From NCBI GenBank assembly GCA_043228905.1, contig JBHGNT010000023.1, forward strand, positions 186,001 to 250,000: 64,000 nucleotides of DNA, in the 5' to 3' direction. The position numbers and the translations under genes are program-made. The number at the start of each line of letters is the position of its first letter. The stretch's first letter is position 1. The notes under the pieces are model-generated. The model had not been told where the DNA came from. It did no database searches and was given only the letters and a program-made list of their open reading frames with translations. Positions 29,400 through 44,100 of the stretch are shown piece by piece. The DNA is from Azolla caroliniana (lineage: Eukaryota; Plantae; Polypodiophyta).

Positions 29400-32300
29400 A
29401 AGACCTAGTAGGTAAATTAAATGTTCATACCTGCCTCGTGTGATATCGGACTTTTGTGTTCAAACATGAGAATCAAAGCTAACAACGCTTGCTATGATAC
29501 AGAATTAAAAAATCAAGATTTTGAAACTCAGGTCGAGAAACATGAAGAAATTAGCAAATTTGAGAAGGGAGTGGACAAGAGCGCGTAGGTAAATTAAAAT
29601 GTTCATACCTGGCTCGTGTGATATCGGACTTTTGTGTTCAAACATGCGAATCGAAGCTAACTACGCTTATTATGACACAGAATTAAAAAAATCAAGATTT
29701 TGAAACTCAGGTCGAGAGACATGAACAAATTAGCAAATTTGAGGAGGGAGTGGACATGACCTAGTAGGTAAATTAAAATGTTCATACCCGGCTCGTGTGA
29801 TATCGGATTTTTGTGTTCAAACTTGCGAATCGAAGCTAACAACGCTTGCTATGATACAGAATTAAAAAATCAAGATTTTGAAACTCAGGTCGAGAGACAT
29901 GAACAAATTAGCAAATTTGAGGAGGGAGTGGACAAGAGCTAGTACGTAAATGTTCATACCTGGCTCGTGTGATATCGGATTTTTGTGTTCAAACATGCGA
30001 ATCGAAGCTAACTACACTAGCTATGATACAGAATTAAAAAATCAAGATTTTGAAACTCAGGTCGAGAGACATGAACAAATTAGCAAATTTGAGGAGGGAG
30101 TGGACAAGAGCTAGTAGGTAAATTAAAATGTTCATACCTGGCTCGTGTGATATCGGATTTTTGTGTTCAAACATGCGAATCGAAACTAACTCCGCTAGCT
30201 ATGATACAGAATTAACAAATCAAGATTTTGAAACTCAGGTCGAGAGACATGAACAAATTCGAAAATTTGAGGAGGGAGTGGACAAGAGGTAGTAGGTAAA
30301 TTAAAATGTTCATACCTGGCTCGTGTGATATCGGATTTTTGTGTTCAAACTTGCGAATCGAAGCTAACAACGCTTGCTATGATACAGAATTAAAAAATCA
30401 AGATTTTGAAACTCAGGTCGAGAGACATGAACAAATTAGCAAATTTCAGGAGGGAGTGGACAAGAGCTAGTAGGTAAATTAAAATGTTCATACCTGGCTC
30501 GTGTGATATCGGATTTTTGTGTTCAAACATGCGAATCGAAGCTAACTACGCTAGCTATGATACAGAATTAACAAATCAAGATTTTGAAACTCAGGTCGAG
30601 AGACATAGAGAAATTAGCAAATTTGAGGAGGGAGTGGACAAGAGGTAGTAGGTAAATTAAAATGTTCATACCTGGCTCGTGTGATATCGGATTTTTGTGT
30701 TCAAACTTGCGAATCGAAGCTAACAACGCTTGCTATGATACAGAATTAAAAAATCAAGATTTTGAAACTCAGGTCGAGAGACATGAACAAATTAGCAAAT
30801 TTGAGGAGGGAGTGGACAAGAGCTAGTAGGTAAATTAAAATGTTCATACCTGGCTCGTGTGATATCGGATTTTTGTGTTTAAACATGCGAATCGAAGCTA
30901 ACTACGCTAGCTATGATACAAAATTAACAAATCAAGATTTTGAAACTCAGGTCGAGAGACATGAACAAATTCAAAAATTTGAGGAGGGAGTGGAGAAGAG
31001 GTAGTAGGTAAATTAAAATGTTCATACCTGGCTCGTGTGATATCGGATTTTTGTGTTCAAACTTGCGAATCGAAGGTAACAACGCTTGCTATGATACAGA
31101 ATTAAAAAATCAAGATTTTGAAACTCAGGTCGAGAGACCTGAACAAATTAGCAAATTTGAGGAGGGAGTGGACAAGAGCTAGTAGGTAAATTAAAATGTT
31201 CATACCTGGCTCGTGTGATATCGGATTTTTGTGTTCAAACATGCGAATCGAAGCTAACTACGCTAGCTATGATACAGAATTAAAAAATCAAGATTTTGAA
31301 ACTCAGGTCGAGAAACGTGAACAAATTAGCAAATTTGAGGAGGGAGTGGACAAGAGCTAGTAGGTAAATTAAAATGTTCATACCTGGCTCGTGCGATATC
31401 GGATTTTTGTGTTCAAACATGCGAATCGAAGATAACTACGCTAGCTATCATACAGAATTAAAAAATCAAGATTTTGAAACTCAGGTCGAGACACATGAAG
31501 AAATTAGCAAATTTGAGGAGGGAGTGGACAAGAGCGAGTAGGTAAATTAAAATGTTCATACCTGGCTCGTGTGATATCGGATTTTTGTGTTGAAACTTCC
31601 GAATCGAAGCTAACAACGCTTGCTATGATATAGAATTAAAAAATCAAGATTTTGAAACTCAGGTCGAGAGACATGAAGAAATTAGCAAATTTGAGGAGGG
31701 AGTGGACAAGACCTAGTAGGTAAATTAAATGTTCATACCTGCCTCGTGTGATATCGGACTTTTGTGTTCAAACATGAGAATCAAAGCTAACAACGCTTGC
31801 TATGATACAGAATTAAAAAATCAAGATTTTGAAACTCAGGTCGAGAAACATGAAGAAATTAGCAAATTTGAGAAGGGAGTGGACAAGAGCGCGTAGGTAA
31901 ATTAAAATGTTCATACCTGGCTCGTGTGATATCGGACTTTTGTGTTCAAACATGCGAATCGAAGCTAACTACGCTTATTATGACACAGAATTAAAAAAAT
32001 CAAGATTTTGAAACTCAGGTCGAGAGACATGAACAAATTAGCAAATTTGAGGAGGGAGTGGACATGACCTAGTAGGTAAATTAAAATGTTCATACCCGGC
32101 TCGTGTGATATCGGATTTTTGTGTTCAAACTTGCGAATCGAAGCTAACAACGCTTGCTATGATACAGAATTAAAAAATCAAGATTTTGAAACTCAGGTCG
32201 AGAGACATGAACAAATTAGCAAATTTGAGGAGGGAGTGGACAAGAGCTAGTACGTAAATGTTCATACCTGGCTCGTGTGATATCGGATTTTTGTGTTCAA

Positions 32301-34600
32301 ACATGCGAATCGAAGCTAACTACACTAGCTATGATACAGAATTAAAAAATCAAGATTTTGAAACTCAGGTCGAGAGACATGAACAAATTAGCAAATTTGA
32401 GGAGGGAGTGGACAAGAGCTAGTAGGTAAATTAAAATGTTCATACCTGGCTCGTGTGATATCGGATTTTTGTGTTCAAACATGCGAATCGAAACTAACTC
32501 CGCTAGCTATGATACAGAATTAACAAATCAAGATTTTGAAACTCAGGTCGAGAGACATGAACAAATTCGAAAATTTGAGGAGGGAGTGGACAAGAGGTAG
32601 TAGGTAAATTAAAATGTTCATACCTGGCTCGTGTGATATCGGATTTTTGTGTTCAAACTTGCGAATCGAAGCTAACAACGCTTGCTATGATACAGAATTA
32701 AAAAATCAAGATTTTGAAACTCAGGTCGAGAGACATGAACAAATTAGCAAATTTCAGGAGGGAGTGGACAAGAGCTAGTAGGTAAATTAAAATGTTCATA
32801 CCTGGCTCGTGTGATATCGGATTTTTGTGTTCAAACATGCGAATCGAAGCTAACTACGCTAGCTATGATACAGAATTAACAAATCAAGATTTTGAAACTC
32901 AGGTCGAGAGACATAGAGAAATTAGCAAACTTGAGGAGGGAGTGGACAAGAGCTAGTAGGTAAATTAAAATGTTCATACCTGGCTCGTGTGATATCGGAT
33001 TTTTGTGTTCAAACTTGCGAATCAAAGCTAACAACGCTTGCTATGATACAGAATTAAAAAATCAAGATTTTGAAACTCAGGTCGAGAGACATGAACAAAT
33101 TAGCAAATTTGAGGAGGGAGTGGACAAGAGCTAGTAGGTAAATTAAAATGTTCATACCTGGCTCGTGTGATATCGGATTTTTGTGTTTAAACATGCGAAT
33201 CGAAGCTAACTACGCTAGCTATGATACAGAATTAACAAATCAAGATTTTGAAACTCAGGTCGAGAGACATGAACAAATTCGAAAATTTGAGGAGGGAGTG
33301 GAGAAGAGGTAGTAGGTAAATTAAAATGTTCATACCTGGCTCGTGTGATATCGGATTTTTGTGTTCAAACTTGCGAATCGAAGGTAACAACGCTTGCTAT
33401 GATACAGAATTAAAAAATCAAGATTTTGAAACTCAGGTCGAGAGACCTGAACAAATTAGCAAATTTGAGGAGGGAGTGGACAAGAGCTAGTAGGTAAATT
33501 AAAATGTTCATACCTGGCTCGTGTGATATCGGATTTTTGTGTTCAAACATGCGAATCGAAGCTAACTACGCTAGCTATGATACAGAATTAACAAATCAAG
33601 ATTTTGAAACTCAGGTCGAGAGACATGAACAAATTCGAAAATTTGAGGAGGGAGTGGAGAAGAGGTAGTAGGTAAATTAAAATGTTCATACCTGGCTCGT
33701 GTGATATCGGATTTTTGTGTTCAAACTTGCGAATCGAAGGTAACAACGCTTGCTATGATACAGAATTAAAAAATCAAGATTTTGAAACTCAGGTCGAGAG
33801 ACCTGAACAAATTAGCAAATTTGAGGAGGGAGTGGACAAGAGCTAGTAGGTAAATTAAAATGTTCATACCTGGCTCGTGTGATATCGGATTTTTGTGTTC
33901 AAACATGCGAATCGAAGCTAACTACGCTAGCTATGATACAGAATTAAAAAATCAAGATTTTGAAACTCAGGTCGAGAAACGTGAACAAATTAGCAAATTT
34001 GAGGAGGGAGTGGACAAGAGCTAGTAGGTAAATTAAAATGTTCATACCTGGCTCGTGCGATATCGGATTTTTGTGTTCAAACATGCGAATCGAAGATAAC
34101 TACGCTAGCTATCATACAGAATTAAAAAATCAAGATTTTGAAACTCAGGTCGAGACACATGAAGAAATTAGCAAATTTGAGGAGGGAGTGGACAAGAGCG
34201 AGTAGGTAAATTAAAATGTTCATACCTGGCTCGTGTGATATCGGATTTTTGTGTTGAAACTTGCGAATCGAAGCTAACAACGCTTGCTATGATATAGAAT
34301 TAAAAAATCAAGATTTTGAAACTCAGGTCGAGAGACATGAAGAAATTAGCAAATTTAAGGAGGGAGTGGACAAGAGCGCGTAGGTAAATTAAAATGTTCA
34401 TACCTGGCTCGTGTGATATCGGATTTTTGTGTTCAAACTTGCGAATCGAAGCTAACAACGCTTGCTATGATACAGAATTAAAAAATCAAGATTTTGAAAC
34501 TCAGGTCGAGAGACATGAACAAATTAGCAAATTTGAGGAGAGAGTGGACAAGAGCTAGTACGTAAATGTTCATACCTGGCTCGTGTGATATCGGATTTTT
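29400..34600 (+). repeat. 13-monomer higher-order repeat (2308 bp)
   Basis: The 6-bp-deleted monomer TAGTACGTAAATGTT occurs at 29945, 32253 and 34561 (offsets 2308 and 2308 = 13x178-6). ORF-track hits at 29657 and 31965 share the offset. Confidence 0.88.
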
Positions 34601-35103
34601 GTGTTCAAACTTGCGAATCGAAGCTAACTACGCTTGTTATAATACAGAATTAAAAAATCAAGATTTTGAAACTCAGGTCGAGAGACATGAACAAATTAGC
34701 AAATTTGAGGAGGGAGTGGACAAGAGCTAGTAGGTAAATTAAAATGTTCATACCTGGCTCGTGTGATATCGGATTTTTGTGTTCAAACATGCGAATCGAA
34801 GATAACTACGCTAGCTATCATACAGAATTAAAAAATCAAGATTTTGAAACTCAGGTCGAGACACATGAAGAAATTAGCAAATTTGAGGAGGGAGTGGACA
34901 AGAGCGAGTAGGTAAATTAAAATGTTCATACCTGGCTCGTGTGATATCGGATTTTTGTGTTGAAACTTGCGAATCGAAGCTAACAACGCTTGCTATGATA
35001 TAGAATTAAAAAATCAAGATTTTGAAACTCAGGTCGAGAGACATGAAGAAATTAGCAAATTTAAGGAGGGAGTGGACAACAGCGCGTAGGTAAATTAAAA
35101 TGT

Positions 35104-38100
35104 CCCGGATTTTTGCGTTCAAAGATGCCAATCGAAGCTAACAACACTAGCTAGGATATGGAATTAAAAAATTGGATTTTTAAAATTTGGGTCGAGAGAC
35201 ATGAAGAAATTAGTAAATTAGAGCAGGGAGATAAGGAGAGCGCGTGAGTAAATTAAAATGTTCATAGCTGGGTTGTGTGATATTGGATTTTAGTGTTCAA
35301 ACATGCAAATCGAAGCTAGCAACACTAGCTAGGATATGGAATTAAAAAATCAAGATTCTGAAACTCGGGGTCGAGAGACATGAAGAAATTAGTAAATTAG
35401 AGGAGGGTGCTGACGAGAGCGCGTGAGTAAATTAAAATGTTCATACCTGGCTCGTGTGATATCGGATTTTAGTGTTCAAACATGCGAATCGAAGCTAACA
35501 ACACTAGCTAGGATATGGAATTAAAAAATCAAGATTTTGAATCTCAGGTCGAGAGATATGAAGAAATTAGTAAATTAGAGGAGGGAGTTGAGAAGAGCGC
35601 GTGAGTAAATTAAAATGTTCATACCTGGCTCGTGTGATATCGGATTTTAGTGTTCAAACATGCGAATCGACGCTAACAACACTAGCTATGATATAGACTT
35701 AAAAAATAAAGATTTTGAAACTCAGGTCAAGAGATACGAAGAAATTAGTAAATTAGAGGAGGGAGTTGAGAAGAGCGCATGAGTAAATTAAAATGTTCAT
35801 ACCTGGCTCGTGTGATATCGGATTTTTGTGTTCAAACATGCGAATCGAAGCTAACAACCCTAGCTAGGATATGGAATTAAAAAATAAAGATTTTGAAACT
35901 CAGGTCGAGAGATATGAAGAAATTAGTAAATTAGAGGAGGGTGTTGACGAAAGCGCGTGAGTAAATTAAAATGTTCATACCTGGCTCGTGTGATATCGGA
36001 TTTTTGTGTTCAAAGATGCGAATCGAAGCTAACAACACGAGCTTTGATATAGAATTAAAAAATCAAGATTTTGAAACTTTGGTCGAGAGACATGAAGAAA
36101 TTAGTAAATTAGACGAGGGTGTTGACAAGAGCGCGTGAGTAAATTAAAATGTTCATACCTGGCTTGTGTGATATCGGATTTTAGTGTTCAAACATACGAA
36201 TCGACGCTAACAACATTACGTATGATATAGAATTAAAAAATAAAGATTTTGAAACTCAGGTCAAGAGACATGAAGAAATTAGTAAATTCGAAGAGGGAGT
36301 TGAGAAGAGCGCGTCAGTAAATGAAAATGTTCATAATTGGCTCGTGTGATATCGGATTTTAGTGTTCAAACATGCGAATCGAAGCTAACAACACTAGCTA
36401 GGATATAGAATTAAAAAAACAAGATTTTGAAACTCAGGTCGAGAGATATGAAGAAATTAGTAAATTAGAGGAGGGAGTTGAGAAGAGCGCGTGAGTAAAT
36501 TAAAATGTTCATAGCTGGCTCGTGTGATATCGAATTTTAGTGTTCAAACATGTGAATCGAAGCTAACAACACTAGCTATGATATTGAATTAAAAAATCAG
36601 GATTTTGAAACTCAGGTTGAGAGACATGAAGAAATTAGTATATTAGAGGAGGGTGTTATTAAGAGCGCGTGAGTAAATTAAAATGTTCATACCTGGCTCG
36701 TGTGATCCCAGATTTTTGTGTTCAAAGATGCGAATCGAAGCTAACAACACTAGCTAGGATATGGAATTAAAAAATTTAGATTTTGAAACTTGGGTCAAGA
36801 GACATGAAGAAATTAGTAAATTACTGTAGGGAGATATGAAGAGCGCGTGAGTAAATTAAAATGTTCATAGCTGGCTTGTGTGATATCGGATATTAGTGTT
36901 CAAACATGGGAATCGAAGCTAACAACACTAGCTATGATATGGAATTATAAAATCGAGATTTTGAAACTTGGGTCGAGAGATAAGAAGAAATTAGTAAATT
37001 AGGGGAGGGAGTTGAGAAGAGCGCGTGAGTAAATTAAAATGTTCATACCTGGCTCGAGTGATATCGGATTTTTGTGTTCAAACATGCGAATTGAAGCTAA
37101 CAACACTAGCTAGGATATGGAATTAAAAAATCAAGATTTTAAAACTTAGGTCGAGAGACATGAAAAAATTAGTAAATTAGACGAGGGTGTTGACAAGAGC
37201 GCGTGAGTAAATTAAAATGTTCATAGCTGGCTCGTGTGATATCGAATTTTAGTGTTCAAACATGCGAATCGAAGCTAATAACACTAGCTATGATATTGAA
37301 TTAAAAAATCAAGATTTTGAAACTCAGGTTGAGAGACATGAAGAAATTAGTATATTAGAGGAGGGTGTTATTAAGAGCGCGTGAGTAAATTAAAATGTTC
37401 ATACCTGGCCCGTGTGATCCCAGATTTTTGTGTTCAAAGCTGCGAATCGAAGCTAACAACACTAGCTAGGATATGGAGTTAAAAAATCAAGATTTTGAAA
37501 CTTGGGTCAAGAGACATGAAGAAATTAGTAAATTAGAGTAGGGAGATATGAAGAGAGCGTGAGTAAATTAAAATGTTCATAGCTGGCTTGTGTGATATCG
37601 GATTTTAGTGTTCAAACATGGGAATCGAAGCTAACAACACTAGCTATGATATGGAATTAAAAAATCAAGATTTTGAAACTTGGGTCGAGAGATAAGAAGA
37701 AATTAGTAAATTAGGGGAGGGAGTTGAGAACAGCGCGTGAGTAAATTAAAATGTTCATAGCTGGGTTGTGTGATATCGGATTTTAGTGTTCAAACATGCA
37801 AATCGAAGCTAACAACACTAGCTAGGATATGGAATTAAAAAATCAAGATTTTGAAACTCAGGTCGAGAGATATGAAGAAATTAGTAAATTAGAGGAGGGA
37901 GTTGAGAAGAGCGCGTGAGTAAATTAAAATGTTCATACCTGGCTCGGGTGATATCGTATTTTAGTGTTCAAACATGCGAATCGAAGCTAACAACACTAGC
38001 TATGATATGGAATTAAAAAATCAAGATTTTGAAACTCAGGTCGAGAGACATGAAGATGTTAGTAAATTAGAGGAGGGAGTTCAGAAGAGCGCGTGAGTAA

Positions 38101-41100
38101 ATTAAAATGTTCATACCTGGCTCGTGTGATATCGGATTTTAGTGTTCAAACATGGGAATCGAAGCTAACAACACTAGCTATGATATGGCTTCAAAAAATC
38201 AAGCTTTTGAAACTCACAACGAGAGACATGAAGAAATTAGTAAATTAGAGGAGGGTGTTCAGAAGAGGTCATGAGTAAATTAAAATGTTCATACCTGGCT
38301 CGTGTGATCCCGGATTTTTGCGTTCAAAGTTGCCAATCGAAGCTAACAACACTAGCTATGATATGGAATTAAAAAATCAAGATTTTGAAACTCAGGTCGA
38401 GAGACATGAAGAAATTAGTAAATTATAGGAGGGAGTTGAGAAGAGCGCGTGAGTAAATTAAAATGTTCATACCTGACTCGTGTGATCCCGGATTTTTGTG
38501 TTCGAAGATGCCAATCGAAGCTAACAACACTAGCTAGGATATGGAATTAAAAATCCGGATTTTTGAAACTTGGGTCGAGAGACATGAAGAAATTAGTATA
38601 TTAGAGGAGGGTGTTATTAAGAGCGCGTGAGTAAATTAAAATGTTCATAGCTGGGTTGTGTGATATCGGATTTTAGTGTTCAAACATGCAAATCGAAGCT
38701 AGCAACACTAGCTAGGATATGGAATTAAAAAATCAAGATTCTGAAACTCGGGGTCGAGAGACATGAATAAATTAGTAAATTAGAGGAGGGAGTTGAGAAG
38801 AGCGCGTGAGTAAATTAAAATGTTCATACCTGGCTCGTGTGATATCGGATTTTAGTGTTCAATCATGCGAATCGAAGCTAACAACACTAGCTATGATATG
38901 GAATTAAAAAATCAAGATTTTAAAACTCAGGTCGAGAGACATGAAGATGTTAGTAAATTAGAGGAGGGTGTTGACAAGAGCGCATGAGTAAATTAAAATG
39001 TTCATACCTGGCTCGTGTGATATCGGATTTTTGTGTTCAAACATGCGAATCGAAGCTAACAACACTAGCTAGGATATGGAATTAAAAAATCAAGATTTTG
39101 AAACTCAGGTCGACAGATATGAAGAAATTAGTAAATTAGAGGAGGGAGTTCAGAAGAGCGCGTGAGTAAATTAAAATGTTCATAGCTGGCTCGTGTGATA
39201 TCGAATTTTAGTGTTCAAACATGCGAATCGAAGCTAACAACACTAGCTATGATATTGAATTAAAAAATCAAGATTTTGAAACTCAGGTCGAGAGACATGA
39301 AGAAATTAGTATATTAGAGGAGGGTGTTATTAAGAGCGCGTGAGTAAATTAAAATGTTCATACCTGGCTCGTGTGATCCCAGATTTTTGTGTTCAAAGAT
39401 GCGAATCGAAGCTAACAACACTAGCTAGGATATGGAATTAAAAAATCAAGATTTTGAAACTTGGGTCAAGAGACATGAGGAAATTAGTAAATTAGAGTAG
39501 GGATATATGAAGAGCGCGTGAGTAAATTAAAATGTTCATACCTGGCTCGTGTGATATCGGATTTTAGTGTTCAAACATGCGAATCGAAGCTAACAACACT
39601 AGCTAGGATATGGAATTAAAAAATCATGATTTTGAAACTCAGGTCGAGAGATATGAAGAAATTAGTAAATTAGAGGAGGGAGTTGAGAAGAGCGCGTCAG
39701 TAAATTAAAATGTTCATACCTGGCTCGTGTGATATCGGATTTTAGTGTTCAAACATGGGAATCGAAGCTAACAAGACTAGCTAGGATATGGCTTCAAAAA
39801 ATCAAGCTTTTGAAACTCACAACGAGAGACATGAAGAAATTAGTAAATTAGAGGAGGGTGTTCAGAAGAGCTCATGAGTAAATTAAAATGTTCATACCTG
39901 GCTCGTGTGATCCCGGATTTTTGCGTTCAAAGATGCCAATCGAAGCTAACAACACTAGCTATGATATGGAATTAAAAAATCAAGATTTTGAAACTCAGGT
40001 CGAGAGACATGAAGAAATTAGTAAATTATAGGAGGGAGTTGAGAAGAGCGCGTGAGTAAATTAAAATGTTCATACCTGACTCGTGTGATCCCGGATTTTT
40101 GTGTTCAAAGATGCCAATCGAAGCTAACAACACTAGCTAGGATATGGAATTAAAAAATCGGATTTTTGAAACTTGGGTCGAGAGACATGAAGAAATTAGT
40201 AAATTAGAGTAGGGAGATAAGGAGAGCGCGTGAGTAAATTAAAATGTTCATAGCTGGGTTGTGTGATATCGGATTTTAGTGTTCAAACATGCAAATCGAA
40301 GCTAACAACACTAGCTAGGATATAGAATTAAAAAATCAAGATTTTGAAACTCAGGTCAACAGATATGAAGAAATTAGTAAATTAGAGGAGGGAGTTGAGA
40401 AGAGCGCGTGAGTAAATTAAAATGTTCATACCTGGCTCGTGTGATATCGCATTTTAGTGTTCAAACATGCGAATCGAAGCTAACAACACTAGCTATGATA
40501 TGGAATTAAAAAATCAAGATTTTGAAACTCAGGTCGAGAGACATGAAGATGTTAGTAAATTAGAGGAGGGAGTTCAGAAGAGCGCGTGAGTAAATTAAAA
40601 TGTTCATACCTGGCTCGTGTGATATCGGATTTTAGTGTTCAAACATGGGAATCGAAGCTAACAACACTAGCTAGGATATGGCTTCAAAAAATCAAGCTTT
40701 TGAAACTCACAACGAGAGACATGAAGAAATTAGTAAATTAGAGGAGGGTGTTCAGAAGAGCTCATGAGTAAATTAAAATGTTCATACCTGGCTCGTGTGA
40801 TCCCGGATTTTTGCGTTCAAAGATGCCAATCGAAGCTAAGAACACTAGCTATGATATGGAATTAAAAAATCAAGATTTTGAAACTCAGGTCGAGAGACAT
40901 GAAGAAATTAGTAAATTATAGGAGGGAGTTGAGAAGAGCGCGTGAGTAAATTAAAATGTTCATACCTGACTCGTGTGATCCCGGATTTTTGTGTTCGAAG
41001 ATGCCAATCGAAGCTAACAACACTAGCTAGGATATGGAATTAAAAAATCGGATTTTTGAAACTTGGGTCGAGAGACATGAAGAAATTAGTAAATTAGAGT

Positions 41101-44100
41101 AGGGAGATAAGGAGAGCGCGTGAGTAAATTAAAATGTTCATAGCTGGGTTGTGTGATATCGGATTTTAGTGTTCAAACATGCAAATCGAAGCTAGCAACA
41201 CTAGCTAGGATATGGAATTAAAAAATCAAGATTCTGAAACTCGGGGTCGAGAGACATGAACAAATTAGTAAATTAGAGGAGGGAGTTGAGAAGAGCGCGT
41301 GAGTAAATTAAAATGTTCATACCTGGCTCGTGTGATATCGGATTTTAGTGTTCAATCATGCGAATCGAAGCTAACAACACTAGCTATGATATGGAATTAA
41401 AAAATCAAGATTTTAAAACTCAGGTCGAGAGACATGAAGATGTTAGTAAATTAGAGGAGGGTGTTGACAAGAGCGCATGAGTAAATTAAAATGTTCATAC
41501 CTGGCTCGTGTGATATCGGATTTTTGTGTTCAAACATGCGAATCGAAGCTAACAACACTAGCTAGGATATGGAATTAAAAAATCAAGATTTTGAAACTCA
41601 GGTCGACAGATATGAAGAAATTAGTAAATTAGAGGAGGGAGTTCAGAAGAGCGCGTGAGTAAATTAAAATGTTCATAGCTGGCTCGTGTGATATCGAATT
41701 TTAGTGTTCAAACATGCGAATCGAAGCTAACAACACTAGCTATGATATTGAATTAAAAAATAAAGATTTTGAAATTCAGGTCGAGAGACATGAAGAAATT
41801 AGTATATTAGAGGAGGGTGTTATTAAGAGCGCGTGAGTAAATTAAAATGTTCATACCTGGCTCGTGTGATCCCAGATTTTTGTGTTCAAAGATGCGAATC
41901 GAAGCTAACAACAGTAGCTAGGATATGGAATTAAAAAATCAAGATTTTGAAACTTGGGTCGAGAGATATGAAGAAATTAGTAAATTAGGGGAGGGAGTTG
42001 AGAAGAGCGCGTGAGTAAATTAAAATGTTCATACCTGGCTGGAGTGATATCGGATTTTTGTGTTCAAACATGCGAATTGAAGCTAACAATACTAGCTATG
42101 ATATGGAATTAAAAAATCAAGATTTTGAAACTCAGGTCGAGAGACATGACGATATTAGTAAATTAGAGGAGGGTGTTGACGAGAGCGCGAGAGTAAATTA
42201 AAATGTTCATACCTGGCTCGTATGATATCGGATTTTTGTGTTCAAACATGCGAATCGAAGCTAACAACACTAGCTAGGATATGGAATTAAAAAATCAAGA
42301 TTTTGAAACTCAGGACGAGAGATATGAAGAAATTAGTAAATTAGAGGAGGGGGTTGAGAAGAGCGCGTGAGTAAATTAAAATGTTCATACCTGGCTCGTG
42401 TGATATCGGATTTTAGTGTTCAAACATGGGAATTGAAGCTAACAAGACTAGCTATGATATGGCTTCAAAAAATCAAGCTTTTGAAACTCACAACGAGAGA
42501 CATGAAGAAATTAGTAAATTAGAGGAGGGTGTTCAGTAGAGCTCATGAGTAAATTAAAATGTTCATACCTGGCTCGTGTGATCCCGGATTTTTGTGTTCA
42601 AAGATGCGAATCGAAGCTAACAACACTAGCTAGGATATGGAATTAAAAAATCAAGATTTTGAAACTTGGGTCAAGAGACATGAGGAAATTAGTAAATTAG
42701 AGTAGGGATATATGAAGAGCGCGTGAGTAAATTAAAATGTTCATAGCTGGCTTGTGTGATATCGGATTTTAGTGTTCAAACATGGGAATCGAAGCTAACA
42801 ACACTAGCTATGATATGGAATTAAAAAATCAAGATTTTGAAACTTGGGTCGAGAGATATGAAGAAATTAGTAAATTAGGGGAGGGAGTTGAGAAGAGCGC
42901 GTGAGTAAATTAAAATGTTCATACCTGGCTCGAGTGATATCGGATTTTTGTGTTCAAACATGCGAATTGAAGCTAACAATACTAGCTATGATATGGAATT
43001 AAAAAATCAAGATTTTGAAACTCAGGTCGAGAGACATGACGATATTAGTAAATTAGAGGAGGGTGTTGACGAGAGCGCGAGAGTAAATTAAAATGTTCAT
43101 ACCTGGCTCGTATGATATCGGATTTTTGTGTTCAAACATGCGAATCGAAGCTAACAACACTAGCTAGGATATGGAATTAAAAAATCAAGATTTTGAAACT
43201 CAGGACGAGAGATATGAAGAAATTAGTAAATTAGAGGAGGGGGTTGAGAAGAGCGCGTGAGTAAATTAAAATGTTAATACCTGGCTCGTGTGATATCGGA
43301 TTTTAGTGTTCAAACATGGGAATTGAAGCTAACAAGACTAGCTATGATATGGCTTCAAAAAATCAAGCTTTTGAAACTCACAACGAGAGACATGAAGAAC
43401 TTAGTAAATTAGAGGAGGGTGTTCAGAAGAGCTCATGAGTAAATTAAAATGTTCATACCTGGCTCGTGTGATCCCGGATTTTTGCGTTCAAAGATGCCAA
43501 TCGAAGCTAACAACACTAGCTATGATATGGAATTACAAAATCAAGATTTTGAAACTCAGGTCGAGAGATATGAAGAAATTAGTAAATTAGAGGAGGGGGT
43601 TGAGAAGAGCGCGTGAGTAAATTAAAATGTTCATACCTGGCTCGTGTGATATCGGATTTTAGTGTTCAAACATGGGAATTGAAGCTAACAAGACTAGCTA
43701 TGATATGGCTTCAAAAAATCAAGCTTTTGAAACTCACAACGAGAGACATGAAGAAATTAGTAAATTAGAGGAGGGTGTTCAGAAGAGCTCATGAGTAAAT
43801 TAAAATGTTCATACCTGGCTCGTGTGATCCCGGATTTTTGCGTTCAAAGATGCCAATCGAAGCTAAGAACACTAGCTATGATATGGAATTAAAAAATCAA
43901 GATTTTGAAACTCAGGTCGAGAGACATGAAGAAATTAGTAAATTATAGGAGGGAGTTGAGAAGAGCGCGTGAGTAAATTAAAATGTTCATACCTGACTCG
44001 TGTGATCCCGGATTTTTGTGTTCGAAGATGCCAATCGAAGCTAACAACACTAGCTAGGATATGGAATTAAAAAATCGGATTTTTGAAACTTGGGTCGAGA

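Larger units (their letters stand above)
1..35103 (+). repeat. 178-bp satellite tandem array, subfamily A (~197 monomers)
   Basis: CAAGAGCTAGTAGGTAAATTAAAATGTTCATAC starts at 1 and again at 179 (period 178) and recurs throughout. Diagnostic A motifs are AATTAGCAAATTTGAGGAGGGAGTGGACAAGAGCTAGTAGGT and GATACAGAATT. A centromeric role is inferred from the nucleosome-sized monomer and array architecture, not shown. Confidence 0.97.

Noticed and set aside
5420-32150. Nine near-identical 61-aa minus-strand ORFs (MLASILMFEHKNP...)
   Set aside because: Each spans about one satellite monomer and is open only because of an extra A and stop-removing variants in one monomer type. No recognisable domain; useful only as HOR markers.
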